This document shows, one piece after another, positions 44,518 through 52,722 of a stretch of DNA of 56,652 nucleotides. The notes below the pieces were generated by a model, which did not search any database, was not told the DNA's origin, and worked only from the letters and a program-made list of their open reading frames with translations. The stretch is from the NCBI GenBank assembly GCA_002395405.1, contig DGWX01000022.1, positions 4,039-60,690 on the forward strand. Reading direction: 5' to 3'. The position numbers and the translations under genes are program-made. Each line of letters opens with the position of its first letter. Within the stretch, counting starts at the first letter, position 1. This DNA is from Christensenella sp. UBA4247 (GTDB lineage Bacteria; Bacillota; Clostridia; Christensenellales; CAG-1252).

Positions 44518-45584
44518 AGAAATTAAAACTGATGAAAGAGAGGTTCGTCGAGCTGAACGATAAGCTTGCCGATCCCGCCGTCATCGCCAAGCAAGACGAA
44601 TGGCAGAAAATCGCGAAGGAGCACGCCGCCCTTTCCGAGATCATGGCCGATTACGACCGCTACCTTCAAGCCGAAAAAGAGCTCGAAGAGTGCGAAACGA
44701 TATTGCAAACGGAAAAAGATCCGGAGCTTTTAACTTTGGCGCAGGAAGAAAAAGAGAGCGCGAAAAAAGAAATGGAAAAGCTTCTCGGAGAATTGAAGAT
44801 CAAGCTCCTGCCCAAGGACCCGAACGACGATAAGAACGTCGTGATCGAGATCCGCGCGGGAACGGGCGGCGAGGAAGCGAGTTTATTCGGAGCCGTTCTT
44901 CTCAGAATGTATATGCGCTTTGCCGAAAGAATGCACTATAAGACCGAGGAAGTGGATATGAATATGACCGATCTCGGCGGTGTAAAAGAGGCGGTGTTCC
45001 TCGTGTCGGGCAAGGGCGCTTACAGCAAACTCAAATACGAAAGCGGAGCGCATCGCGTTCAGCGCGTTCCCGCGACCGAGTCGCAGGGCAGGATCCATAC
45101 TTCCGCCGCAACGGTGGCTGTTCTTCCCGAAGCGGAAGACGTGGACGCGTCCGTGAATCCCTCCGATCTTAAAATCGATACGTATCGCGCGGGCGGCGCA
45201 GGCGGTCAGTACGTCAATAAAACCGAAAGCGCGATCCGTATAACGCATATTCCGACGGGAATCGTCGTTACCTGTCAAGACGAAAAATCGCAAATCAAAA
45301 ATAAGGAAAAAGCGATGAAAGTTTTGAAGTCCAAATTGTATGATTACTATCGTTCGCAGGCGGATAAAGAGTATGCGGAAAAGAGGCGCACGCAGGTTGG
45401 CAGCGGGGATCGATCCGAGCGAATTCGGACTTACAATTATCCGCAAGGCCGCGTAACCGATCACCGCATCGGAATGACCCTTTACAACTTGGATCAATTT
45501 TTGGACGGCGATATGCTGGAAATGATCGAAGCGCTCGCCTTAAACGAGCAAAACGAGCTTCTCAAAAACAGCGAAGAGGCATAA
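44511..45584 (+). CDS. prfA: peptide chain release factor 1
   Basis: PAT tripeptide (RVPATES), GGQ ([25 protein letters not shown]). Confidence 0.95.
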   Translation: MLEKLKLMKERFVELNDKLADPAVIAKQDEWQKIAKEHAALSEIMADYDRYLQAEKELEECETILQTEKDPELLTLAQEEKESAKKEMEKLLGELKIKLLPKDPNDDKNVVIEIRAGTGGEEASLFGAVLLRMYMRFAERMHYKTEEVDMNMTDLGGVKEAVFLVSGKGAYSKLKYESGAHRVQRVPATESQGRIHTSAATVAVLPEAEDVDASVNPSDLKIDTYRAGGAGGQYVNKTESAIRITHIPTGIVVTCQDEKSQIKNKEKAMKVLKSKLYDYYRSQADKEYAEKRRTQVGSGDRSERIRTYNYPQGRVTDHRIGMTLYNLDQFLDGDMLEMIEALALNEQNELLKNSEEA

Positions 45585-45595
45585 CAGGAGGCAGT

Positions 45596-46993
45596 ATGAT
45601 CTTTTATAACTCGCATAAGCATTTGTTGCAAGAGCAAACCTATTCTTACTCTTTGCAGGACGTGGCGGAGCCGAATCTTTTCCGCGAGTTCTTCGATTAC
45701 GAGAACGTTCCCCGAACGGCGTTCGACTTCTTTACCGTTCCGATGAACACTCCGGAAAACCTGTGGATCACGGACACGACCTTCCGCGACGGGCAGCAAT
45801 CCATGCAGCCTTTTACAGTGGAGCAAATCGTGGAACTCTATAAAATGCTGCACCGTCTCGGTGGCAAAAAGGGAATCGTAAAGCAAAGCGAATTCTTCCT
45901 TTACAGCGAGAAGGACAGGGCGGCTGTTCGCGCCTGTCAGGAGCTTGGTTATGAGTTCCCCGAGATCACGAGCTGGATCCGCGCGACCGATTCCGATTTC
46001 GAGCTCGTAAAAGAAATGGGGATCAAAGAGACGGGCATTCTCGTCAGTTGCTCGGATTATCATATTTTCAATAAATTACATTTGACTCGCGCGCAAGCGA
46101 TGGATAAATACCTTTCCATCATCAAAAAAGCGCTTGACCGCGGCATCGTTCCCCGCGCGCACCTCGAAGACATTACGAGGGCGGATTCTTACGGTTACGT
46201 CGTTCCTTTCGTCAGGGAACTGATGAAACTTTCCAAAGAGAGCGGGATCCCGATCAAAGTGCGCGCCTGCGACACGCTCGGTTACGGCGTAACCTATCCG
46301 GGATCGTCTCTTCCGAGAAGCGTTCCGAGAACGATTTACGGGTTATGGCGTTACGGCGAAGTTCCTTCCGAACAAATGGAATGGCACGGACATAACGACT
46401 TTTATAAGGTCGTTACGAACGCGGCGACCGCTTGGCTTTACGGCTGTTCCGCGGTTAACTGCGCGCTTCTCGGCATCGGCGAAAGAACGGGCAACTGCCC
46501 CTTGGAGGCGATGGCGGTGGAGTACGCTTCCTTAAAAGGAACGACGGACGGAATGGACCTTTCGGTCATTACCGAGATCGCCGAGTATTTCAAGCGCGAT
46601 ATCGGTTACAAGATCCCGCCGCGTACTCCTTTCGTCGGGCGCGACTTTAACGTTACCCGCGCCGGCGTACACGTGGACGGTTTGATGAAAGACGAGGAGA
46701 TCTACAATATCTTTAACACCTCCAAAATCTTGAATCGCCCCCCGATGGTTTGCGTGGATAACAATTCGGGGCTTGCCGGTATCGCATATTGGATCAACAA
46801 TAATTACGGGCTGCCCGAAAGCGAGAAGGTCAAAAAGAGCGACCCGATCATCGCCGCCGTCAAAGCGAGGGTGGACGAACTGTACGCCAGCGGCCGCGTT
46901 CCCGCCATGAGCGACGACGAGCTGGACGCCCTCGTAAAAGAGGCAGACGTCGTGCTGTACGAAAAATTCGTTAAGATCGGCGCGGGAAAATAA
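45596..46993 (+). CDS. HMGL-like (isopropylmalate / homocitrate / Re-citrate synthase family) enzyme
   Basis: DRE-TIM signature ITDTTFRDGQQ, HLEDITRAD, WHGHNDF. The N-terminal extension and Phe/Gln variant suggest the Re-citrate-synthase-like branch; this is from memory. Confidence 0.65.
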   Translation: MIFYNSHKHLLQEQTYSYSLQDVAEPNLFREFFDYENVPRTAFDFFTVPMNTPENLWITDTTFRDGQQSMQPFTVEQIVELYKMLHRLGGKKGIVKQSEFFLYSEKDRAAVRACQELGYEFPEITSWIRATDSDFELVKEMGIKETGILVSCSDYHIFNKLHLTRAQAMDKYLSIIKKALDRGIVPRAHLEDITRADSYGYVVPFVRELMKLSKESGIPIKVRACDTLGYGVTYPGSSLPRSVPRTIYGLWRYGEVPSEQMEWHGHNDFYKVVTNAATAWLYGCSAVNCALLGIGERTGNCPLEAMAVEYASLKGTTDGMDLSVITEIAEYFKRDIGYKIPPRTPFVGRDFNVTRAGVHVDGLMKDEEIYNIFNTSKILNRPPMVCVDNNSGLAGIAYWINNNYGLPESEKVKKSDPIIAAVKARVDELYASGRVPAMSDDELDALVKEADVVLYEKFVKIGAGK

Positions 46994-47002
46994 AGCAAAA
47001 TC

Positions 47003-47040
47003 GGGAAATTTTCGCTTCGGCGTAAAATTTCCCTTTTATT
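47003..47040 (+). terminator. intrinsic terminator
   Basis: 10-bp stem GGGAAATTTT/AAAATTTCCC followed by TTTTATT. Confidence 0.7.
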
Positions 47041-47080
47041 TGATGTATAATAAAGAAAAAACTTATAAGGAGGACTTGAT

Positions 47081-47497
47081 ATGTTAAGATTGGTTTACGG
47101 AGCGAAAGGAAGCGGCAAGACGGGCAAACTCATCGCGGAAGCGAACGAAATGGTCGAAAAGAGCTCGGGGAGCATCGTTTTTCTGACCTATACCGACCGT
47201 TACAAATTCGACTTGAACTACAATATCAGGCTCATCAACGTTGAGAATTTCGGAGTAGGCAGCGAAGAGCAGCTCGCGGGTTTCGTAAAAGGGATCTTGG
47301 CGTCTAACTCGGATATCGATATGCTGTACGTGGACGGAGCGCATCGCGTGACCGGTAAGAAACCCGAAGATATGCAACTCTTTTACGACGAGATCTCGAA
47401 AGCGAGCAAAAACAGCGCCGTGGAGATCGTTCTCAGCGTCAGTACCGATTCTCTTCCGGAATTTTTGTCCTCCTACGAATCGGAAAAGGTGATGTAA
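47081..47497 (+). CDS. small P-loop protein (138 aa), function unknown
   Basis: Walker A GAKGSGKTG, Walker-B-like DMLYVDG. AAGGAGG RBS. Confidence 0.5.
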   Translation: MLRLVYGAKGSGKTGKLIAEANEMVEKSSGSIVFLTYTDRYKFDLNYNIRLINVENFGVGSEEQLAGFVKGILASNSDIDMLYVDGAHRVTGKKPEDMQLFYDEISKASKNSAVEIVLSVSTDSLPEFLSSYESEKVM

Positions 47498-47503
47498 GAA
47501 AAA

Positions 47504-48991
47504 ATGAAATTTATCAGCACGAGGAATGCTTCTCTCTCCGTTTCGGGCAGCGAAGCGATTTTGACGGGAATCAGCCCGGACGGCGGGCTTTTCGTTCCGG
47601 AATCCTTTCCGGAAGTTTCGATGGATCGAATCCGCGCGATGGCGGATATGACTTACGCGGAGCGCGCGTCTTACGTTATGGGTCTCTATTTGGACGAGTT
47701 TACGAAAGAGGAACTGTCCGAGATCGCGTCGCGCGCCTATTCTCGCTTTGAAGACGAGGACGCTTGCCCCTTGACCAAGGTGGACGACGGGCTTTACGTT
47801 TTGGAACTTTGGCACGGACCGACTTTCGCGTTTAAGGACGTGGCGCTGACCGTTCTTCCCGAGCTTATTTCCGCTTGCCGCAAAAAGAGAGGGGAAAAGG
47901 ATAAAACCCTCGTTCTCGTCGCCACGAGCGGCGATACGGGTAAAGCCGCCCTCGAAGGATTCAAGGACGTCGAAGGGACGGAGATCATGGTCTTTTATCC
48001 GGACGAAGGGGTCTCGGATATGCAAAAGATGCAAATGATCACGACGGGCGGAAATAATACTTACGTTGCCGGTATTCGCGGTAATTTCGACGACGCGCAA
48101 ACGGCGGTCAAAACCATCTTCACCGATAAAAAAGTCGCCGAGGAACTCAAAGAAAAAGGGTTCGTTATGAGTTCGGCGAACAGCATCAATTGGGGCAGGT
48201 TGCTTCCGCAAATCACTTATTATTTCTCTTCTTACGCCGATATGCTTTCTTCGGGCGACATTAAAGAGGGAGAAAAAATCAATTTCTGCGTTCCGACGGG
48301 CAACTTCGGCGATATTCTCGCCGGGTATTACGCGTTCCGTATGGGACTCCCCGTAAACAAACTGATTTGCGCTTCCAATATCAATAACGTTTTGACCGAT
48401 TTCTTCAATTCGGGCGAGTACGACGCTTCGCGCGAATTCCACAAAACGATCTCGCCTTCGATGGATATTTTGATTTCGTCCAACCTCGAAAGGCTTGTTT
48501 TCGAGATGACGGGGCGCAACTCCGATCAACTTGCTTCTTTGATGAAAGATCTCAAAGAAACGGGCAAATATCAAGTGGAACTCTCCGTGATCCGCCGAAA
48601 CTTCGGCGTATTTACCGCGGGTTACGCGGACGAAGAGGAAACGATGGACGCAATGGCGAACACCTTCGACGAGTACGGCTACGTCGTGGATCCGCATACC
48701 GCGGTCGCAGTCAGCGTGTACGATAATTATCTTATGATCACGGGCGACGAAACGCCGACCGTCATTCTTTCCACCGCAAGCCCGTATAAGTTCGCGCAGG
48801 ACGTGTACGAAGCGTTGGACGAAAGCCGCGTGGAGGATCCGTTCAAAGCCGTCAAAAAACTGCATTCCCTGAGCGGAATGGAGATCCCCGAAGGGATCGA
48901 AAAACTCGAAACGGCGGAAATTCGTTTTACGGACGTTTTGGATAAAACGAAGATCAAAGAAAAAGTAATGGAGAGAGTGTCCCGACAATGA
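47504..48991 (+). CDS. thrC: threonine synthase (long form)
   Basis: PLP-lysine block GPTFAFKDVAL, ATSGDTGKAA. Length 495 aa. Confidence 0.9.
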   Translation: MKFISTRNASLSVSGSEAILTGISPDGGLFVPESFPEVSMDRIRAMADMTYAERASYVMGLYLDEFTKEELSEIASRAYSRFEDEDACPLTKVDDGLYVLELWHGPTFAFKDVALTVLPELISACRKKRGEKDKTLVLVATSGDTGKAALEGFKDVEGTEIMVFYPDEGVSDMQKMQMITTGGNNTYVAGIRGNFDDAQTAVKTIFTDKKVAEELKEKGFVMSSANSINWGRLLPQITYYFSSYADMLSSGDIKEGEKINFCVPTGNFGDILAGYYAFRMGLPVNKLICASNINNVLTDFFNSGEYDASREFHKTISPSMDILISSNLERLVFEMTGRNSDQLASLMKDLKETGKYQVELSVIRRNFGVFTAGYADEEETMDAMANTFDEYGYVVDPHTAVAVSVYDNYLMITGDETPTVILSTASPYKFAQDVYEALDESRVEDPFKAVKKLHSLSGMEIPEGIEKLETAEIRFTDVLDKTKIKEKVMERVSRQ

Positions 48992-49971
48992 GAATTTACA
49001 GCGGAATCCAACCCACCGGTTGCATCACGATCGGAAACTATATCGGCGCGGTCAAAAATTGGCTGGAACTGCAAGAGGAAAACGAGTGTTTGTTCGCGAT
49101 CGCGAATCAACACGCGATGACCGTTCGCCAAGTACCGCAAGAGTTAAGGGAGAGAACGTATTCTTTCTTCGCGCAGTTTTTGGCTTGCGGGCTTGATCCC
49201 GAAAAGAGCATTTTATACGTCCAATCGAACGTTCCGCAGCATTCGGAACTCGCTTGGATCCTTTCTTGTACGACGTATATCGGCGAACTTGAAAGAATGA
49301 CGCAATTTAAGGATAAATCGCGCAAAAACGAGGATAATATAAACGCGGGTCTTTTGACCTATCCCGTCTTGATGGCGGCGGATATCCTTTTGTTCAAAAC
49401 CGATCTTGTTCCCGTCGGAAAGGATCAAAAGCAGCATTTGGAGCTGACGCGCGACCTCGCGATCCGCTTCAACAATCGGTACGGCGATACCTTCGTCGTT
49501 CCGGAACCCTATATTCCCAAGCAGGGAGCGAAAATAACGAGCTTGCAAAATCCGTTGGAAAAAATGAGCAAATCGGACAAAGATCAAAACGCGACCGTTT
49601 CGATCATTGACTCGGCGGACGTTATTATGAAAAAATTCAAGCGTGCCGTAACGGACAGCGAGAATCGAATCGCTTTTTCCGAAGAGAAACCGGGTATTTC
49701 GAACCTTCTTACGATCTATTCCGCATTCAGCGGAGAATCGATCGAAAGCGCGGAAAGGCGCTTTGAAGGAAAGGGATACGGAGATTTTAAGATCGCAGTC
49801 GGGGAAACGGTTGCGGACGCTCTTTCTCCCGTCAGGGAAAAATACGCGGCTTATATGGCGGATAAAGCCGAGCTCGAACGCATTATGAAAGAAGGCGCGG
49901 AAAAGGCTTCCCGCATCGCGAGCCGAACCATCGCCAAGGTCAAAAAGAAGATCGGCTTCGTTTCAGACTGA
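48988..49971 (+). CDS. trpS: tryptophan--tRNA ligase
   Basis: SGIQPTGCITIGNYIGA (HIGH-equivalent), KMSKS. ATGA overlap with thrC. Confidence 0.95.
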   Translation: MRIYSGIQPTGCITIGNYIGAVKNWLELQEENECLFAIANQHAMTVRQVPQELRERTYSFFAQFLACGLDPEKSILYVQSNVPQHSELAWILSCTTYIGELERMTQFKDKSRKNEDNINAGLLTYPVLMAADILLFKTDLVPVGKDQKQHLELTRDLAIRFNNRYGDTFVVPEPYIPKQGAKITSLQNPLEKMSKSDKDQNATVSIIDSADVIMKKFKRAVTDSENRIAFSEEKPGISNLLTIYSAFSGESIESAERRFEGKGYGDFKIAVGETVADALSPVREKYAAYMADKAELERIMKEGAEKASRIASRTIAKVKKKIGFVSD

Positions 49972-50831
49972 TGTTCGGATACGTTCTTCCCGACAAACCC
50001 AACCTTTATATGCGCGATTACGCTTTGTTTCGCGCCTATTATTGCGGGCTTTGCCACGCGATGAAGAAAGAGAGCGGTCAAATTGCCCGACTTTCGGTCA
50101 ATTACGACGCTGCTTTTATCAGTTTGTTTTTCCACGACGTTCGCGGAGAGAAGCCGACCGTCGTTCAAAAACGCTGTATTTTGAACCCGAAAAAACGCGC
50201 CGTGATCGCGCAAACGAAAACGGCGGAGGAAGTAGCTCGCTTGAATTTGGTCTTGCTCGGAATGAAATTGCAAGACGATCGCGCGGACGGGGATAATAAG
50301 CCGTTTCGCCGGTTGGCTTTTTCGAGGCAGATCAAAAAAGCGAGAAAACGCTCTCCCGAATTCGCCTCTTTCGCGGACGAATGCGCCGCGCGCCAAAGAG
50401 AAGAGGAAAGGGCGGGAGGCTCTTTGGACGGCGCCGCGGAGCCTTTTGCCGATATGATGCGTAAAACTTTTGCATTTCTTGCGGGAGAGAAGAACGCAAC
50501 CGATATCGAAAGGATCGGATATTTGCTCGGAAAGTTCGTGTACTTTATGGACGCGCTGGACGATTACGATCGCGATCTCAAAAAGGGAAGATTTAACGCT
50601 TTTTATCGGACGTTTCGGGAAAAAAGCGCGGAAGATCTTTTGAAAAACAAAGGGGAAGACGTCCGCTTTTTGATGGAATCGATCATGAAAGGGATCGAAA
50701 ACGCGTATAAAGGCGTCGAACTAAGCGAGAACGAAGGCGTGGTTACGAACGTCTTGTGGTATGGGTTGAGATGGCGCTTCGACACGGTTTGTAAAAAGGA
50801 GAATGGGAAATGTTCAAAAATCCGTTTGTAG
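49971..50831 (+). CDS. DUF5685-like protein
   Basis: The N-terminus MFGYVLPDKPNLYMRDYALFRAYYCGLCHAMKK matches my memory of the DUF5685 N-terminal pattern. TGATG overlap with trpS. Confidence 0.55.
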   Translation: MFGYVLPDKPNLYMRDYALFRAYYCGLCHAMKKESGQIARLSVNYDAAFISLFFHDVRGEKPTVVQKRCILNPKKRAVIAQTKTAEEVARLNLVLLGMKLQDDRADGDNKPFRRLAFSRQIKKARKRSPEFASFADECAARQREEERAGGSLDGAAEPFADMMRKTFAFLAGEKNATDIERIGYLLGKFVYFMDALDDYDRDLKKGRFNAFYRTFREKSAEDLLKNKGEDVRFLMESIMKGIENAYKGVELSENEGVVTNVLWYGLRWRFDTVCKKENGKCSKIRL

Positions 50832-51442
50832 TACTCGGCGTAAGTGAAAACGCAACGCAAGCCGAGGTTCGGGAGGCTTACGAAAAGTTACGCGACGAAT
50901 ATCGCCTCGCGATCCACGTGGAAGGAGACGAAGGCAAGAAGGCGGCAAAAAAGCTGTCCGAGCTGGAAGAAGCCTATCGCGCGGCGATGGAAAAGCTCTC
51001 GTCGGCAGGCGAAGTCAAAGGCTTATATGACCACGTGGCTTCTCTTTTGCGTTCGAAAAAGTATGACGAAGCGCAATCCGCTCTCGATAAAGTCTCCGAT
51101 CGCGGCGCGGAATGGCATTACTATCAATCCGCCGTCTATCACGGGAAAGGATGGTATTACGAAGCCAAAGCCCAGCTCGAAATGGCGATCGGAATGGATC
51201 CCGAAAATCAAAAATACAAAGATACGATGGAGCGAATGAAGAACCACGATTCTTCTTCCTACGGCGACGAGGGCGCTTCTTCCGACGCCGCGAAAAACGC
51301 GGGCCCTCGCCGTAGCTACGATACCTACGAAGATATGGAAAGCCGGACGCGCCGCGCAACGGCGGGCGATTGCTGTACGACGCTTATTTGCGCGGACTGT
51401 TGCTGCGAATGTATGGGCGGAGATCTGATCCGCTGCTGCTGA
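50810..51442 (+). CDS. J-like domain / TPR protein with Cys-rich C-terminal tail, HPD motif absent
   Basis: NPFVVLGVSENATQAEVREAYEKLRDEY is J-domain helix I-II. The loop reads HVEGD instead of HPD. TPR-like WHYYQSAVYHGKGWYYEAKAQLEMAIGMDPEN. Tail CCTTLICADCCCECMGGDLIRCC. Confidence 0.6.
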   Translation: MFKNPFVVLGVSENATQAEVREAYEKLRDEYRLAIHVEGDEGKKAAKKLSELEEAYRAAMEKLSSAGEVKGLYDHVASLLRSKKYDEAQSALDKVSDRGAEWHYYQSAVYHGKGWYYEAKAQLEMAIGMDPENQKYKDTMERMKNHDSSSYGDEGASSDAAKNAGPRRSYDTYEDMESRTRRATAGDCCTTLICADCCCECMGGDLIRCC

Positions 51443-51978
51443 TGAAAAGAATCACCGCGAAAGAAATTGCGCTATCGGGCGTTACGGCGGCTCTCGCCGT
51501 GATCTCGGTAGTGCTTTCTTATTATGTGGACGTTATGACGCTCGTGTTTTACGCGCTCTCGTCCGTTTGCCTGTCGTTACCTTTGATCGCGGGGAGCGGC
51601 AGAGGCGCCGTTCTGTCTTACGTCGCGGCAGGCGGCTTGTCCTTTTTGTTCGTCGGTTATCTCGGATTTATTCCCTTTGCCTTGATGTTCGGACCCTATC
51701 CGATCCTGTTTTATTATCTTAAAAAATATTTGAAAAAACCTTTGTTTTGCCTTCCGATCAAGATCGCTTTTGCAAACTGGGCGTTCTTTGCGAGTTTTTT
51801 CGCAATGAGCCTGACCTTAGACGATTTTCCGATCTTGTCCTCCTTGCCCGATTGGGGCAAATACCTCGTCCTTGCCGTGGGGCTGACTTTGGTTTTCGTT
51901 TTATTCGATTTTGCTTTCAGCGGGCTTTATGCCACCCTCGAAAAGCGCTTCGGAAAGATCCTCGGGAAAGGGATTTAG
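51442..51978 (+). CDS. polytopic membrane protein, function unknown
   Basis: Start set at MKRITAKEI, with a TGATG overlap to the upstream gene. Five hydrophobic helices. Confidence 0.55.
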   Translation: MKRITAKEIALSGVTAALAVISVVLSYYVDVMTLVFYALSSVCLSLPLIAGSGRGAVLSYVAAGGLSFLFVGYLGFIPFALMFGPYPILFYYLKKYLKKPLFCLPIKIAFANWAFFASFFAMSLTLDDFPILSSLPDWGKYLVLAVGLTLVFVLFDFAFSGLYATLEKRFGKILGKGI

Positions 51979-52148
51979 TTCCTTAGCCCGCATCCGCAAC
52001 TGTTCGTGCCGTTTGCGTCCGACCCCGAAACGAGGAAAGCGAGCGCGAGAACGATGAGGGTCAGATTTTCGCTCGTCAGTTCGCCGTCACCCCCGAACGT
52101 GTAGATCAAAAGAAGCAATAAGATCAAAAGCATTCCGCCGTTTTGCAT
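51975..52148 (-). CDS. small membrane peptide (57 aa) with C-terminal CGCG
   Basis: Internal ATG of ORF 51975..52235, directly behind an AGGAGG RBS. Sequence: MQNGGMLLILLLLLIYTFGGDGELTSENLTLIVLALAFLVSGSDANGTNSCGCGLRN. Confidence 0.45.
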   Translation of the reverse strand: MQNGGMLLILLLLLIYTFGGDGELTSENLTLIVLALAFLVSGSDANGTNSCGCGLRN

Positions 52149-52206
52149 ACATCCTCCTTTTCGCGAAAACTCCCCGAAAAAACGTTTTTTTCGAGCGGAT
52201 TTCGCA

Positions 52207-52235
52207 TTGACAGTTTGATATATGCGTTTTACCAT
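52207..52235 (+). promoter_or_regulatory. promoter upstream of the ArsR-family gene
   Basis: TTGACA, 17 nt spacer, TACCAT, 6 nt, in-frame GTG at 52242. Confidence 0.4.
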
Positions 52236-52241
52236 AAAACT

Positions 52242-52595
52242 GTGAATGCTCGATCGGGCGGATGCGCCCTTAAACTATCCGAACACGACGAAAACGTGAT
52301 TCGCTATTATCTCCCGAAAAACGAAGTCGCCGCCGATCTCGCGGATTTCTTTTCGGTTTTTTCAGACGCAACGCGCGTTAAGATCCTTTCTTCTCTTTGT
52401 ATAACGGAAATGTGCGTAACCGATCTTTGTTTGATGCTTGACCAGAACCAAAGTACCGTTTCGCACCAACTTGCCTTTTTGCGCTCCCTCCGCCTCGTAA
52501 AAACCCGCAGAGTGGGCAAAATCGTTTATTATTCGATCGGGAATCAATACATTTTGAACGTTTTGGATACGGGAATATCTTTTCTCGGGTTTTAA
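52242..52595 (+). CDS. ArsR/SmtB family metalloregulator (start uncertain)
   Basis: wHTH FSVFSDATRVKILSSL..EMCVTDLCLMLDQNQSTVSHQLAFLRSLRLV. The ATG at 52143 would overlap the divergent gene's RBS, so the GTG at 52242 is preferred. Confidence 0.7.
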   Translation: MNARSGGCALKLSEHDENVIRYYLPKNEVAADLADFFSVFSDATRVKILSSLCITEMCVTDLCLMLDQNQSTVSHQLAFLRSLRLVKTRRVGKIVYYSIGNQYILNVLDTGISFLGF

Positions 52596-52722
52596 CTTTG
52601 CGCGGAAAAAACCAAAGAGAAAACCCGATATAAAGGAAAAGAGAACGCAATTTCGAAGAACGGCGCTCTCCTCGAATGAAGAATCCCTTTTGTTTTTACC
52701 TCGGGCGTAGTATAATAAAGCT

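Noticed and set aside
47084-48988. 634-aa minus-strand ORF.
   Set aside because: It is antisense to the P-loop gene and thrC, both of which have clear motifs and RBSs. It shows the same shadow-ORF composition.
52596-52722. I looked for a LexA/Cheo box (CGAACnnnnGTTCG) upstream of uvrC.
   Set aside because: No match is present. The nearest, CGAAGAACGGCG, lacks the second half-site.
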